Shown here: positions 43,976 to 54,015 of the stretch, piece by piece
Layout: the number at the start of each line of letters is the position of its first letter
How positions within the stretch are numbered: the stretch's first letter is position 1
IMG/VR virus record: IMGVR_UViG_3300032285_002884
Origin: a virus
Strand: one strand, 5' to 3'
Length of the DNA stretch: 64,000 nucleotides
Notes under the pieces: generated by a model
The model's input: only the letters and a program-made list of their open reading frames with translations
What the model was told of the DNA's origin: nothing
Databases searched by the model: none
Position numbers and translations under genes: made by a program

Positions 43976-46900
43976 ATGGCGGATAAAGACTTTGTCGTCA
44001 AGAACGGCATCGTGGTCAATTCCACACTCATTGTTGCGACTGCTGGATCAGTAGGTATCAACAGCGCGTCTGCCGACGCGACCCTCGCCGTAGTAGGCAC
44101 AGCCAACGTCTCCGGCAACGTCAAGTTCGCTTCCAATCTCACAGTCATCGGTACGTCGAACTCTGCTAACTTAAACGTCAGTGGACTCGCTAACGTCGCC
44201 AACCTAAACACCAACGTCGCCAACTCGGTGTCGGTAATTACCTCGACGGTCAACTCGATCTCGGTAAACTCCGCGACGGTAAACGCTACCACCTCGGTAG
44301 TAGTCGGCGCTAACTCTACGCTGAACACCTCTGCCATTCAAGTCGGCACCGCCGCTCAGCAGTTCACGGCGAACGCCTCGACGATCTCGGTCGGTAACTC
44401 TACCGTCAACACATATTCAAACTCGACTCACTTCTTCTCGGGTAACTCTACCTACTACGGCTTCGGTAACAACACCGCAGAAGTAGTAGTGAACCCGCTC
44501 GGCAACACGGCTATATTCGCTACCGGCGTCACCGTCAACTCGACGTCTGGTCTGGTCATCGTCGGTACCGCAGCCAACGCTACTGCTATAAACACCACTG
44601 CGATCTCGGTAGGTAACTCTACCGTCAACTCGGTAGTAGGAAGCGGCGTAGTCAATACGGTAACGATCAATACGACTACCATGTATGGTAACTCGGTCGG
44701 CCTACATACCGGTAACGTCTTAGCTGTAATCGTCAACGCCGTTACGGTCAATACCTCGACTGTAAATGCTGTCTCGGTCAACTCTACTTCGTTTACCTCT
44801 ACCGGTCTAGCAAACGTAGCCAACCTCAACACGAACGTGGCCAACTCGTCTACGCTGAACGTGACTGGTCTAGCGAACGTTGGCAACCTTAATACCAGCG
44901 TCGTAAACTCTTCTTCGCTCAACGTCACGGGTCTGGCTACGCTAGGTAACTCGACTGCCAACGTATCAAACTCTACTACTCTGAACGTTACCGGACTCGC
45001 AAACGTCGGTAACCTCAACACGTCAGTAGCGAACTCTTCTTCGCTCAACGTTACCGGACTCGCAAACGTCGGCAACGTCAATACGACTACGGTCAACTCG
45101 ACGTCGATCAACGTCACTGGGACGGTAAATGCCGTAACCGTCAACACGTCTACAGTAAACGCAGCGTCGGTCAACTCCGCTACCGTGAACGCTACTACGA
45201 GCGCGGTAGTCGGCTCAAACGTCACAGTAAACACCTCGGCGGTGTTCATCGGCAACAGCACTCAGCAGCTGATAGCAAACAGCTTCGCTGTATCGGTCGG
45301 TAACACTACCGTCAATACTTTCTCGAACTCGACTCACTTCTTCTCTGGTAACTCTACGGTATACGGCTTTGTCAATAACGTATCAGAGGTAATAGCGAGC
45401 CCTTCGGGTAACACGACGGTAAACTCTACTGCGATCTCTGTCAACTCTACTTCTGGACAGATCATCGTCGGTACAGCTGCTAACGCTTCCGTTATCAATA
45501 CAACCGCCATCTCTGTCGGCAACTCTACTGTAAACTCAGTAGTAGGAAGTGGCGTCGTCAACACCGTCACGATCAACGTCACCACAGTCAACGGCAACAC
45601 CGTCGGCCTACATACCGGTAACGTCAACTCGACAGTCGTCAACTCGACCTCGATCAACACGACCGGTCTAGTCACCGCGGCCAACCTCAACACCAACGTC
45701 GCCAACACTACCAACGTAAACGCGACTACGGTTAACGCCCTAGCGAACGTCCAGACGAACACGGTCTTTGCGACTAACGTCTACGCGACCTTCGCCAACG
45801 CCGCTACAGTAAACTCGGTCACCATCAACACGTCGACGGTCAACGCGGTATCTGTCAACTCGACTACGGTGAACGCGGCTACCTCGGTCGTGGTCGGCTC
45901 GAACGTTACCCTGAACACCTCTACACTGTCTATCGGCAACAGCACGGTCAACTCGGTCATCAACAACGGTAACTTGGTAGTTACAGGTCTAGCCAACGTA
46001 GGAAGTGCGAACATCGTCGGCAACCTGTTTGTCGGCGGTAACTTCACGGTCACCGGTACCTTGTCATATAACGGTACGGGCAACTCGTCGATCTTCCCGT
46101 CAAGTAACAGCCTGCAGCTAGGTAACTCTACCGCAAGGTGGATCGTGTACGGCATGACCGGCGACTTTGCAAACGGCTTGAACGTAACCAGCGCCGGCAT
46201 GATCTCGACGTTCGGTAACACGATCAACGTGACTTCCGGTAACGTCAACATCCTTGCGGGTAACTTCAGCGTCTCTAACTCAGCTTCTGCCAACAGCATA
46301 TCGGTCGGCAACAGCACGGTCAACGCGTCCATCAACAGCACGTCGTTCTCCGGCACCGCTGCCAACGCTGCTTTGCTCAACGCAAAGACTGAAGGTAACC
46401 TAAACGTCAACTCGGCAGCGTATCTCGGCTCGATCGCTGCTTCTGGATACCAGACGACCGCTGGCTTGTCGGGCAACGTAGCTACCCTTACGTCGAACTC
46501 GACTACGTACTTCGGTGGTCAGCTCGCCGCATACTTCGCTGCCAACTCGGTAGTCTACTCGACGTTCGCCACGAACACTTACGTCAATCAGACGTTCGCG
46601 AACATCACTACCCCTATAGTCGCAACCTCAGTGACCGTAGGCAACTCGACAGTCAACTCGGTAGTGAACAGTACGGCCTTCACCGGCACCGCGAACAACG
46701 CTACCTACGCTTTCGGTAAGACTGAGGGTAACTTAAACGCTAACTCATCTAACTATCTCGGCGGCGTGTCAGCTGCGGGATACCAGCTGACGAGTACACT
46801 ATCTTCTAACGTGGCTACCCTAGCGTCAAACTCTGCATCGTACTTTGGCGGACAGCTTCCTACTTACTTCGCATCTAACTCCGCTGTATACTCTACGTTT

Positions 46901-48601
46901 GCGCAGAACTCTGCAGTATACTCGATATTCGCTCAGAACTCTGCAGTGTATGCTACTTTTGCTCAGAACACCGCTGTCTACACTACGTTCGCTCAGAACT
47001 CTGCTGTCTACGCTGCTTTTGCTCAGAACACCAGCGTCTACTCAACGTTTGCACAGAATACCGCAATCTATGGATACGCTGCCTCCAATGCCTATGTCAA
47101 CTCGACATTTGCTCAGAACACCGCTGTCTACACTACGTTCGCTCAGAACTCTGCTGTCTACGCTACCTTCGCTCAGAACTCAGCGATATATGCGTATGCC
47201 GCTTCAAATACATACGTTAACAGCACATTTGCACAGAACACTAGCGTCTATGCTACCTTTGCCCAGAACTCAGCGATCTATGCATACGCTGCTTCTAACA
47301 CTTATGTAAACGGTAACTTCGCAAACATTACTACCCCTATTATCTCGACTTCTGTCACAGTCGGCAACAGCACAGTCAACTCGGTCATCAACTCGACCTC
47401 GTTCGTAGGCACGCACACGGGTAACGTCGTCGGAGCTACCTCGGTCAACACCGTATCTCTCAACACGACCGGTCTGGCTAACGTAGCCAACCTCAACACA
47501 AACGTGGCTAACTCGACTACTCTTAACGTTACGGGTCTCGCTACAGTAGGTAACTTGACCGCCAATGTCGCCAACGCCGTCACAGTAAACGCGTCGACAA
47601 TCAATGCTGCATCGGTCAACTCCGCTAGCGTCAACGCTACTACTTCAGTCATAGTCGGCGCCAACGTCTATATCAACACTTCATCGATTGCAGTCGGTAA
47701 CTCTACCGTCAACTCAGTCATCGGCAGCGGTACGCTTACAGTCAACAGTCTAGCGATCGTCGGTAACCTCAATACCAACGTAGCTAACTCAATCAACTTA
47801 AACGTGACTGGTACGACCAACGTAGCGACATTTAACACTTCTGGACTTGCAAACGTAGCCAACTTGAACACCAACGTGGCCAACTCGACCACGCTGAACG
47901 TCACAGGCCTCGCTACGGTAGGTAACGTCAACGCCAACGTAGCGAACGCGGTCACCGTTAACGCGTCTACCGTGAACGCTATCTCTGTCAACTCAGCTAG
48001 CGTCAACGCTACTACGTCGATAGTAGTCGGTGCCAACGTATTCATCAATACCTCAGCGATAGCAGTAGGTAACTCTACAGTCAACTCGGTAATTGGTAGT
48101 GGTACGCTTACAGTCAACAGTCTAGCGATCGTCGGTAACCTCAATACCAACGTCGCCAACTCGACCACTCTTAACGTGACTGGTCTGGCTACCATAGGTA
48201 ACGTCAACGCCAACGTAGCAAACGTTACATCCCTGAACGCTAATAGCACCGGTACCATCGCGGTATTCTCGAACTCGACGGTTAGGTCTGTAACGATCAA
48301 CTCGTCTGCCGTATTCCTAGCTAACTCGACGGGTATTGTAGCCAACAGCTCTCTCGGCAACGCTGGTCAGGTACTGACGTCGAACGGTTCTGGTCTATAC
48401 TGGGCCAACTCGACGGCGGTCGGCAGCAGCGGTACGGGTACGGGTAACTCGAGCGGTACCGACACAGCGTTCTTCATCAACGGCCAGACGGTCAACAGCG
48501 ACTATACCACGGTAGCTACATCTAACTACCTTTCGGCTGGTCCAATTACCGTCAACGGCAACGTAGTCATCACGACCGGCTCACGCTGGGCCATCGTCTA
48601 A
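43976..48601 (+). CDS. Long repetitive Asn/Ser/Thr/Val-rich fibre protein
   Basis: DFVVKNG N-terminus; LNVTGLANV and VGNSTVNS repeats; SAGPITV...GSRWAIV C-terminus. Confidence 0.85.
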   Translation: MADKDFVVKNGIVVNSTLIVATAGSVGINSASADATLAVVGTANVSGNVKFASNLTVIGTSNSANLNVSGLANVANLNTNVANSVSVITSTVNSISVNSATVNATTSVVVGANSTLNTSAIQVGTAAQQFTANASTISVGNSTVNTYSNSTHFFSGNSTYYGFGNNTAEVVVNPLGNTAIFATGVTVNSTSGLVIVGTAANATAINTTAISVGNSTVNSVVGSGVVNTVTINTTTMYGNSVGLHTGNVLAVIVNAVTVNTSTVNAVSVNSTSFTSTGLANVANLNTNVANSSTLNVTGLANVGNLNTSVVNSSSLNVTGLATLGNSTANVSNSTTLNVTGLANVGNLNTSVANSSSLNVTGLANVGNVNTTTVNSTSINVTGTVNAVTVNTSTVNAASVNSATVNATTSAVVGSNVTVNTSAVFIGNSTQQLIANSFAVSVGNTTVNTFSNSTHFFSGNSTVYGFVNNVSEVIASPSGNTTVNSTAISVNSTSGQIIVGTAANASVINTTAISVGNSTVNSVVGSGVVNTVTINVTTVNGNTVGLHTGNVNSTVVNSTSINTTGLVTAANLNTNVANTTNVNATTVNALANVQTNTVFATNVYATFANAATVNSVTINTSTVNAVSVNSTTVNAATSVVVGSNVTLNTSTLSIGNSTVNSVINNGNLVVTGLANVGSANIVGNLFVGGNFTVTGTLSYNGTGNSSIFPSSNSLQLGNSTARWIVYGMTGDFANGLNVTSAGMISTFGNTINVTSGNVNILAGNFSVSNSASANSISVGNSTVNASINSTSFSGTAANAALLNAKTEGNLNVNSAAYLGSIAASGYQTTAGLSGNVATLTSNSTTYFGGQLAAYFAANSVVYSTFATNTYVNQTFANITTPIVATSVTVGNSTVNSVVNSTAFTGTANNATYAFGKTEGNLNANSSNYLGGVSAAGYQLTSTLSSNVATLASNSASYFGGQLPTYFASNSAVYSTFAQNSAVYSIFAQNSAVYATFAQNTAVYTTFAQNSAVYAAFAQNTSVYSTFAQNTAIYGYAASNAYVNSTFAQNTAVYTTFAQNSAVYATFAQNSAIYAYAASNTYVNSTFAQNTSVYATFAQNSAIYAYAASNTYVNGNFANITTPIISTSVTVGNSTVNSVINSTSFVGTHTGNVVGATSVNTVSLNTTGLANVANLNTNVANSTTLNVTGLATVGNLTANVANAVTVNASTINAASVNSASVNATTSVIVGANVYINTSSIAVGNSTVNSVIGSGTLTVNSLAIVGNLNTNVANSINLNVTGTTNVATFNTSGLANVANLNTNVANSTTLNVTGLATVGNVNANVANAVTVNASTVNAISVNSASVNATTSIVVGANVFINTSAIAVGNSTVNSVIGSGTLTVNSLAIVGNLNTNVANSTTLNVTGLATIGNVNANVANVTSLNANSTGTIAVFSNSTVRSVTINSSAVFLANSTGIVANSSLGNAGQVLTSNGSGLYWANSTAVGSSGTGTGNSSGTDTAFFINGQTVNSDYTTVATSNYLSAGPITVNGNVVITTGSRWAIV
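46865..47325 (+). repeat. Degenerate 30-nt tandem repeat (FAQNSAVYxT decads)
   Basis: About 15 ten-codon units such as TTCGCTCAGAACTCTGCTGTCTACGCT. Confidence 0.9.
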
Positions 48602-48615
48602 GGAGCATCTAGAAT

Positions 48616-49362
48616 ATGTCAGTCTTAAGCGTAACTACAATTCAAACCGCAAACGGAACTACAGACCTTACGATCACTACCGGCAACAGCTCAGGACCGT
48701 CTATTGTAATGTCTTCTACTACCGGTGTAACTACTTTTGGCAATACAAATTTTACTAATACTGCTGTTCGAGGATTTTCTAGTACCTCAAATGGTGTCTA
48801 TGGACTATCTAATTCAGGAATTGGTGTTCTTGGATCTTCAAACTCTTCTGCTGGTGTACAAGGCAACGCAAACAATGGTTATGCAGTACTTGGATATGGT
48901 GGTTTATCTGGCGGAACTGGTATCGGCGGAGCATTTTATTCAAACTCAAGCACAGGTATCTATGCTCAGTCAAACACGGGTACAATAGCACAGTTCGCTA
49001 ACTCTACAGCTACGATCGCGACCGTAACGCAGGCTGGCATGAACGTGCAGACTAACACGTTCAACCTCGGCACCTCGTCAGTCGTGGCAAACGGCTACTC
49101 TCGCCTACCGAACGGCCTGCTGATGCAGTGGGGAACACAGACGGCAACTGTAAATAACGCGTCTGCAGCTACAGCTACTTTCTCTGTCCCGTTTACTTCT
49201 CTCTATTCGGTAACTGTTACTCTGCTGCAAGCAAACGCAACAGCCGCGACCGCGCTAGTAGCTGTCGCTAATACTTCAAACAGCACTTCGGTTACTTGGA
49301 AGACTACTGCAGCAGCGGCTGCTTCTTCACAGACCATGAACTATCTGGCAATAGGAGTCTAA
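48616..49362 (+). CDS. Tail fibre protein with LPNGLLMQWG C-terminal domain
   Basis: NGYSRLPNGLLMQWG...YLAIG. Confidence 0.82.
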   Translation: MSVLSVTTIQTANGTTDLTITTGNSSGPSIVMSSTTGVTTFGNTNFTNTAVRGFSSTSNGVYGLSNSGIGVLGSSNSSAGVQGNANNGYAVLGYGGLSGGTGIGGAFYSNSSTGIYAQSNTGTIAQFANSTATIATVTQAGMNVQTNTFNLGTSSVVANGYSRLPNGLLMQWGTQTATVNNASAATATFSVPFTSLYSVTVTLLQANATAATALVAVANTSNSTSVTWKTTAAAAASSQTMNYLAIGV

Positions 49363-49365
49363 TTC

Positions 49366-50115
49366 ATGTCAACACTACAGGTTGCAAACGTCTGGCTCGA
49401 GTCTACTGCCAACAACCGTATCCAGATGGGTGCGAGCAACAACTACGTATTTTATGCCGGCGGCCAGTCGGTCATGTCGGTCAACAGCTCATCGGTCGTT
49501 GCTGGCGCTCTAGTCGCCAACGCTACCGGCGTCGTACTTCCTCCGATCTACGCCAACGGCTCTATAGGCACGGCAGGTCAGGCACTGCTGTCGAACAGCT
49601 CGGGTACTTTCTGGGGATCTCCAAGCTACACCGGCGCGAACGTCTTTACTTCCAACAGCACCTTCACGGTCCCAGCGGGCGTCACTAGGGTCAGGGCACA
49701 GGTGCTCGGTGGCGCCGGCGGCACCGGCAGCGCCATGTCTAACTATATTACTACTTCTTTTGGAGCGTATATAACCGGTACGGTCGGCTCTGTGGGCGCT
49801 ACGGGCACAGCCTCTGGCGCATCCGGAGGCGCAGGCGGTACCGGTACCAGTGGAGACGTAAATATCTCCGGAGGAGCTGGCACTCGTACCTTCGGCACTC
49901 AGGGCAGCGTAGGACAGGGAGGTCAGCCGGCATACTTCGGTGGAGTCTATGCTGGAGAAGTTGGGAGTTGGTCGGCTGCGGGCTGTATGTGTACCGGTAG
50001 TTCACAGGGTGGTGGTGGCGCGGGCGGTTATGCCATGAAGGTCATCACGGGCCTCACGCCCGGATCTACTATCGCCGTCACGGTCAGGGGCGGCATCTGT
50101 GTCGTTGAATGGTAA
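49366..50115 (+). CDS. Glycine-rich fibre/adhesin protein
   Basis: FTSNSTFTVPAGVT...GGAGG; ends GGICVVEW. Confidence 0.8.
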   Translation: MSTLQVANVWLESTANNRIQMGASNNYVFYAGGQSVMSVNSSSVVAGALVANATGVVLPPIYANGSIGTAGQALLSNSSGTFWGSPSYTGANVFTSNSTFTVPAGVTRVRAQVLGGAGGTGSAMSNYITTSFGAYITGTVGSVGATGTASGASGGAGGTGTSGDVNISGGAGTRTFGTQGSVGQGGQPAYFGGVYAGEVGSWSAAGCMCTGSSQGGGGAGGYAMKVITGLTPGSTIAVTVRGGICVVEW

Positions 50116-50130
50116 CAAGGAGAGTATAAG

Positions 50131-50388
50131 ATGAGATGGGCTTTAATTTCACCTAATGAAGAGATCTATGACCTTGACGAGACTACAGTTCTCGGTTCTA
50201 GGATATGCGACGTCGTCGACGAGAAGTTCGACGTAGCCGAGCCTCTGTTCTGGGAGCAGGTCGGGACCGATATATTCCGTGATATATACTACTGGGATGG
50301 TACCGGCCCTGCCGAGAATCCAGTGTACAAGAAAGTGACTTCTGTCACGGTAAACGCTATGCCCGGAGGACCTACAATTGTTAATTGA
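50131..50388 (+). CDS. Small fibre-associated protein (possible chaperone)
   Basis: ALISPNE...RICDV..FDVAEPLFW. Confidence 0.7.
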   Translation: MRWALISPNEEIYDLDETTVLGSRICDVVDEKFDVAEPLFWEQVGTDIFRDIYYWDGTGPAENPVYKKVTSVTVNAMPGGPTIVN

Positions 50389-50680
50389 TAATGAATTTCT
50401 ATATGGAAAGCTAAAGGGCGTCATCTATGACTTCAAGGAAGTAGGCGACGTTCTGAACCGCCACGCACACGACGCGGACACAGTACACATCAGCATCATA
50501 GCGAAGGGAAGCTTCAAGGTGTCTGGGGACGGCTGGGAGTACACACTTAACTCCGGCGCGCTCCTAGACTGGGAGCCTGGAGTATATCATGAGTTCGAGG
50601 CTCTCGAGCCTGACTCTAGACTCTATAACATCTTGAAGAACTATACTCCTCGACAAGTACTAGGTAACACCGTTGAATGA
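50378..50680 (+). CDS. Cupin-fold protein
   Basis: H.H...HISIIAKGS and HEFEALE motifs. Confidence 0.8.
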   Translation: MLIDNEFLYGKLKGVIYDFKEVGDVLNRHAHDADTVHISIIAKGSFKVSGDGWEYTLNSGALLDWEPGVYHEFEALEPDSRLYNILKNYTPRQVLGNTVE

Positions 50681-51266
50681 TCTGTTTGATGAGATAAAGA
50701 GGCTTACAGTTATAAAGTCTCCGATATTCGTACCGGAGATCAAGCTCTACAGCGTGCAGCCGTTCGCTATAAAGTATCCGTACGACGTAGACGACTTTAA
50801 CGCGATGTTCGGCTACCCTACCTGGAGCGGTATAGCACTCTCTAGGTTCATACTCGACAACCCGTCGATGCTGAAGGACAGGGTAGTCGCTGACATAGGC
50901 TGTGGATCTGGGGTCGTCGGAATCGCGGCAGCGAAGACTGGGGCTAAGGTGACGTGCATTGATAGGGACGTCTCCTCTCTGTACTTTACCGAGCTCAACT
51001 TCAAGCTGAACGGTACCGAGGCCGATATAATGTGGGGTAACTTCAACGATGCTCTGAACTACGACGTCGTCCTGATGTCTTCTCTGTTCTATAGGTCTGC
51101 AAACTTTACATCTATAAAGACTGTGATGGAGACCAAGAAGTTCATGATAGGTTCTATCGACGACAACGTCGAAGAGTATCTTGAGAAAGAATACGTCAGG
51201 GGCCTCACTAAGGTCTCGCTGGGAAGAGACGACACAAGAAGGTATTATGTATATCATAATATGTAG
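50673..51266 (+). CDS. Class I SAM protein methyltransferase (METTL20/PrmA-like)
   Basis: GIALSRFILDNP..K.RVVADIGCGSGVVGIAAAK.GA.V.CID. Confidence 0.85.
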   Translation: MNDLFDEIKRLTVIKSPIFVPEIKLYSVQPFAIKYPYDVDDFNAMFGYPTWSGIALSRFILDNPSMLKDRVVADIGCGSGVVGIAAAKTGAKVTCIDRDVSSLYFTELNFKLNGTEADIMWGNFNDALNYDVVLMSSLFYRSANFTSIKTVMETKKFMIGSIDDNVEEYLEKEYVRGLTKVSLGRDDTRRYYVYHNM

Positions 51267-51279
51267 GAGAGACTAGAAT

Positions 51280-52251
51280 ATGTCGACTATCAAGGTAACG
51301 GGTCTGCAGGTCAACGGTACGCTGACTGCGAATACCATAACGAACAGCAGGACAGGGACGTCGATCAACTCGACGATGCTGGTGTTCGGTAACAGCTCAC
51401 TCACAGCCAACTACGCGGTCGTCAACTCCTCGTCTGTATCGGTCGGGACTTCCGGCGCCAACACTATCTTGCAGGCAACCATCAGCGAGGGAAACATAAC
51501 GGTCGGCGGCAACACCGTTACTTCTCTTCCGACAGGCAGCAGTGAGATCTGCAACGTTCAGATCTTCACCGCGAACGGTACATGGACTAAGCCTTCATGG
51601 GCCACTACCGGCTACGAGCTGGTGTTCGTTCACATGTGGGGCGGCGGTGGCGGTAGCAATACTGGTGGTACTACTCTGAATGGTGGCGGAGGCGGGGCGT
51701 TCGTATACGGCATCTATATGGGAAGTCAGGTCAACTCAACCGCTAACGTAGTAGTAGGTCTTGGTGGAACTTTAGGCGTAAACGGTGGTAACAGCTCTTT
51801 CGCTAATAGCACTGGCGGTTTGCTAACCGCATACGGCGGAGGCGCTGCTAACACAACATCCAGCGGTGGCGGTGGCGGTTGGCTTGGCGTAGGAGCTCCT
51901 ATTAATGGCGGTGGCCCGCTCGGTGGAAACTCTACAATCAATGCTTCCACTTTTGGAGGAGGCGGAATGGGCGTTAACAGTCAAAATCCAGGATCTTCGA
52001 TATATGGTGGTGGGGCAGGTGGTTATTTTAACAATACTGCGGGATCTTCAATATATGGTGGCGGTGGAGGTGGAGGTGCTAATGCATCAGGTAATGCTGG
52101 AATATCAATTTATGGTGGATTTGGAGCTAATTCTACAGTAGCTGCTGGTATTCCAGGTGGAGGAGGAGCTTTGGCAAATAGTACATTTGCAAACAACACA
52201 GCGGGTGCTCGCGGTGAAGTAAGAGTCTACACACTAAGGAAGACCGCATGA
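51280..52251 (+). CDS. Glycine-rich adhesin-like protein, paralogue 1
   Basis: QIFTANGTWTKP, WGGGGG, GARGEVRV. Confidence 0.82.
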   Translation: MSTIKVTGLQVNGTLTANTITNSRTGTSINSTMLVFGNSSLTANYAVVNSSSVSVGTSGANTILQATISEGNITVGGNTVTSLPTGSSEICNVQIFTANGTWTKPSWATTGYELVFVHMWGGGGGSNTGGTTLNGGGGGAFVYGIYMGSQVNSTANVVVGLGGTLGVNGGNSSFANSTGGLLTAYGGGAANTTSSGGGGGWLGVGAPINGGGPLGGNSTINASTFGGGGMGVNSQNPGSSIYGGGAGGYFNNTAGSSIYGGGGGGGANASGNAGISIYGGFGANSTVAAGIPGGGGALANSTFANNTAGARGEVRVYTLRKTA

Positions 52252-52263
52252 AAATATACTTTT

Positions 52264-52291
52264 TATAAATACTCTCAAATATAGGAGTATT
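52264..52291 (+). promoter_or_regulatory. Late promoter plus RBS-sequestering hairpin
   Basis: TATAAATA 52264-52271; AATACTCT pairs with GGAGTATT. Confidence 0.78.
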
Positions 52292-52295
52292 ATCT

Positions 52296-53018
52296 ATGGA
52301 AAGTTACGGTTTCATTTATCTTTGGTATGATAGAAAACATAAAAGATATTATGTCGGATGTCATTGGGGAAGAGAAGATGATGGGTATGTATGTAGCTCA
52401 TACTGGATGATGCAAGCTTATAAACGTAGACCTGAAGACTTCAAACGTCGTATGCTAAAAACAAACATCTTAGACAGAACATGTCTTTTAGATGAAGAGT
52501 ATAAGTTTCTGTCTCTTATAAAAAAAGAAGAGTTAGGTAAAAAATACTATAACATACAAAATAATCACTTCGGTCATTGGTCAAATGATCCAAATAATAG
52601 AGACAACGCTATAGAAAAGATGAGACAAAAGCTCATCGGCAAGAGTCTATCAGAAGAACACAAAAAGAAGATCAGTAAAAGTAATAAAGGAAAGAAGAAA
52701 GCTCCATTTACTGAAGATCATCGAAAGAATATAAGTATATCAGCTATTGGAAGAGTTCCAACGGAAGAGACACTTAAGAAAAGATCTATAGCTATGAAAG
52801 GTGAAAATAACCCTAATTGGGGTAAGAAGTTTACTGAAGAGCATAGACATAAGTTGTCTATAGCTAGAAGAAAAAGAGTCATCAGCGAAGAGACCAAACA
52901 AAAGACCAGAGAATCTATGAAGAAAGTAGTTCCTAGACGTGGTCATAAACTGACTGAAGAACACAAGGCCAAGATTAGTCTTGGAATGAAGAAGAACAAA
53001 GAAAGTCTGAGTAACTAA
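52296..53018 (+). mobile_element. Free-standing GIY-YIG homing endonuclease (Seg-like) with NUMOD3 repeats
   Basis: GFIYLW...YYVGCH; repeated SEEHKKKIS / TEEHRHKLS; AT-rich relative to flanks. Confidence 0.9.
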
Positions 53019-54014
53019 ATGGGAACGATCAACGCAACTACCGTCTTCGCAGACGACTACCTAGTAGCAAACTCAATAGTAGTCGGTAACTCGACTAGCA
53101 ACCAGACGATCTCTGCTAACTCGACTCGCTTCTCTGTAGGCTCTAACGTCGTCATCAACTCGACCGCGATCTCTGTAGGCAACTCGACTGTCAACTCGGT
53201 ACTCACGTCTACTGGTCTGACCACTAACAGCATCACGATCAATGGTACTACCTACACCACCTTAACCAAATATGGTAACGTATACAACTATCAGGTGTTT
53301 ACTGCTAACGGCACTTGGACTAAACCCGCAGGTGCTGGTCCTAACGACCTCGTCACAGTCATAGCTTGGGGCGGCGGTGGCGGTGGAACTAACATTCCGG
53401 CGCTTGACGCCGGCGGCGGGGGAGGTGGTGCCTGCGTTATAGTTAACTTACTGGCCTCACAGTGCAACTCGGTCTGCAACGTAGTGGTCGGACTCGGCGG
53501 GACAGGTGGCGCTTCGAGCGCCAACGGAGCGAACGGAACTTCCTCTATATTCTATGCAAACTCAACCGTTCCAATTACGATAACATCATACGGTGGAGGT
53601 GGGTCTTTTGCTAACGCTTCTCTAGCAGTTGGTGGTCCAGGTGGAGGCTGGTTTGGACAAGGAGTCTTAAACGGCAACGGCGGCGGTCCCCTAGGCGGCA
53701 CGATCGGCAATCCTGGATCTAGTTCTACTTTCGGCGGCGGCGGCGGGGCTAACTCAGCAGCTGGCGGTGATGCATGGGGCGGTTCTTCGGTATACGGAGG
53801 TGGTGGAGGCGGTAAGTTTACCTTTGGAGGCGGTGGAAACAGCGTCTTCGGGGGCGGTGGCGGTAGCTACCAAGGCTTAGGCGGGGTCTCTATCTTTGGT
53901 GGACAGGGAGGAAACGCAACTAATAGCTCAACTGCTCCTGGCGGCGGAGGCGGCGCTGGTTCGGGAAATGGTGCTCGCGGAGAAGTACGCGTCTGGGTTC
54001 AGAAGGTAGGCTAA
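53019..54014 (+). CDS. Glycine-rich adhesin-like protein, paralogue 2
   Basis: QVFTANGTWTKP, WGGGGGG, GARGEVRVW. Confidence 0.82.
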   Translation: MGTINATTVFADDYLVANSIVVGNSTSNQTISANSTRFSVGSNVVINSTAISVGNSTVNSVLTSTGLTTNSITINGTTYTTLTKYGNVYNYQVFTANGTWTKPAGAGPNDLVTVIAWGGGGGGTNIPALDAGGGGGGACVIVNLLASQCNSVCNVVVGLGGTGGASSANGANGTSSIFYANSTVPITITSYGGGGSFANASLAVGGPGGGWFGQGVLNGNGGGPLGGTIGNPGSSSTFGGGGGANSAAGGDAWGGSSVYGGGGGGKFTFGGGGNSVFGGGGGSYQGLGGVSIFGGQGGNATNSSTAPGGGGGAGSGNGARGEVRVWVQKVG

Positions 54015-54015
54015 C

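Noticed and set aside
46865-47325. Tandem 30-nt repeats as a CRISPR array
   Set aside because: No unique spacers, in-frame within a CDS, variation is synonymous, and no cas genes.
44455-48360. Long antisense ORFs opposite the fibre gene (also 9014-9682, 14009-14611, 16975-17652, 50616-51257, 63051-63578)
   Set aside because: Shadow frames from biased codon usage; no SD or motifs; they oppose clearly identified genes.
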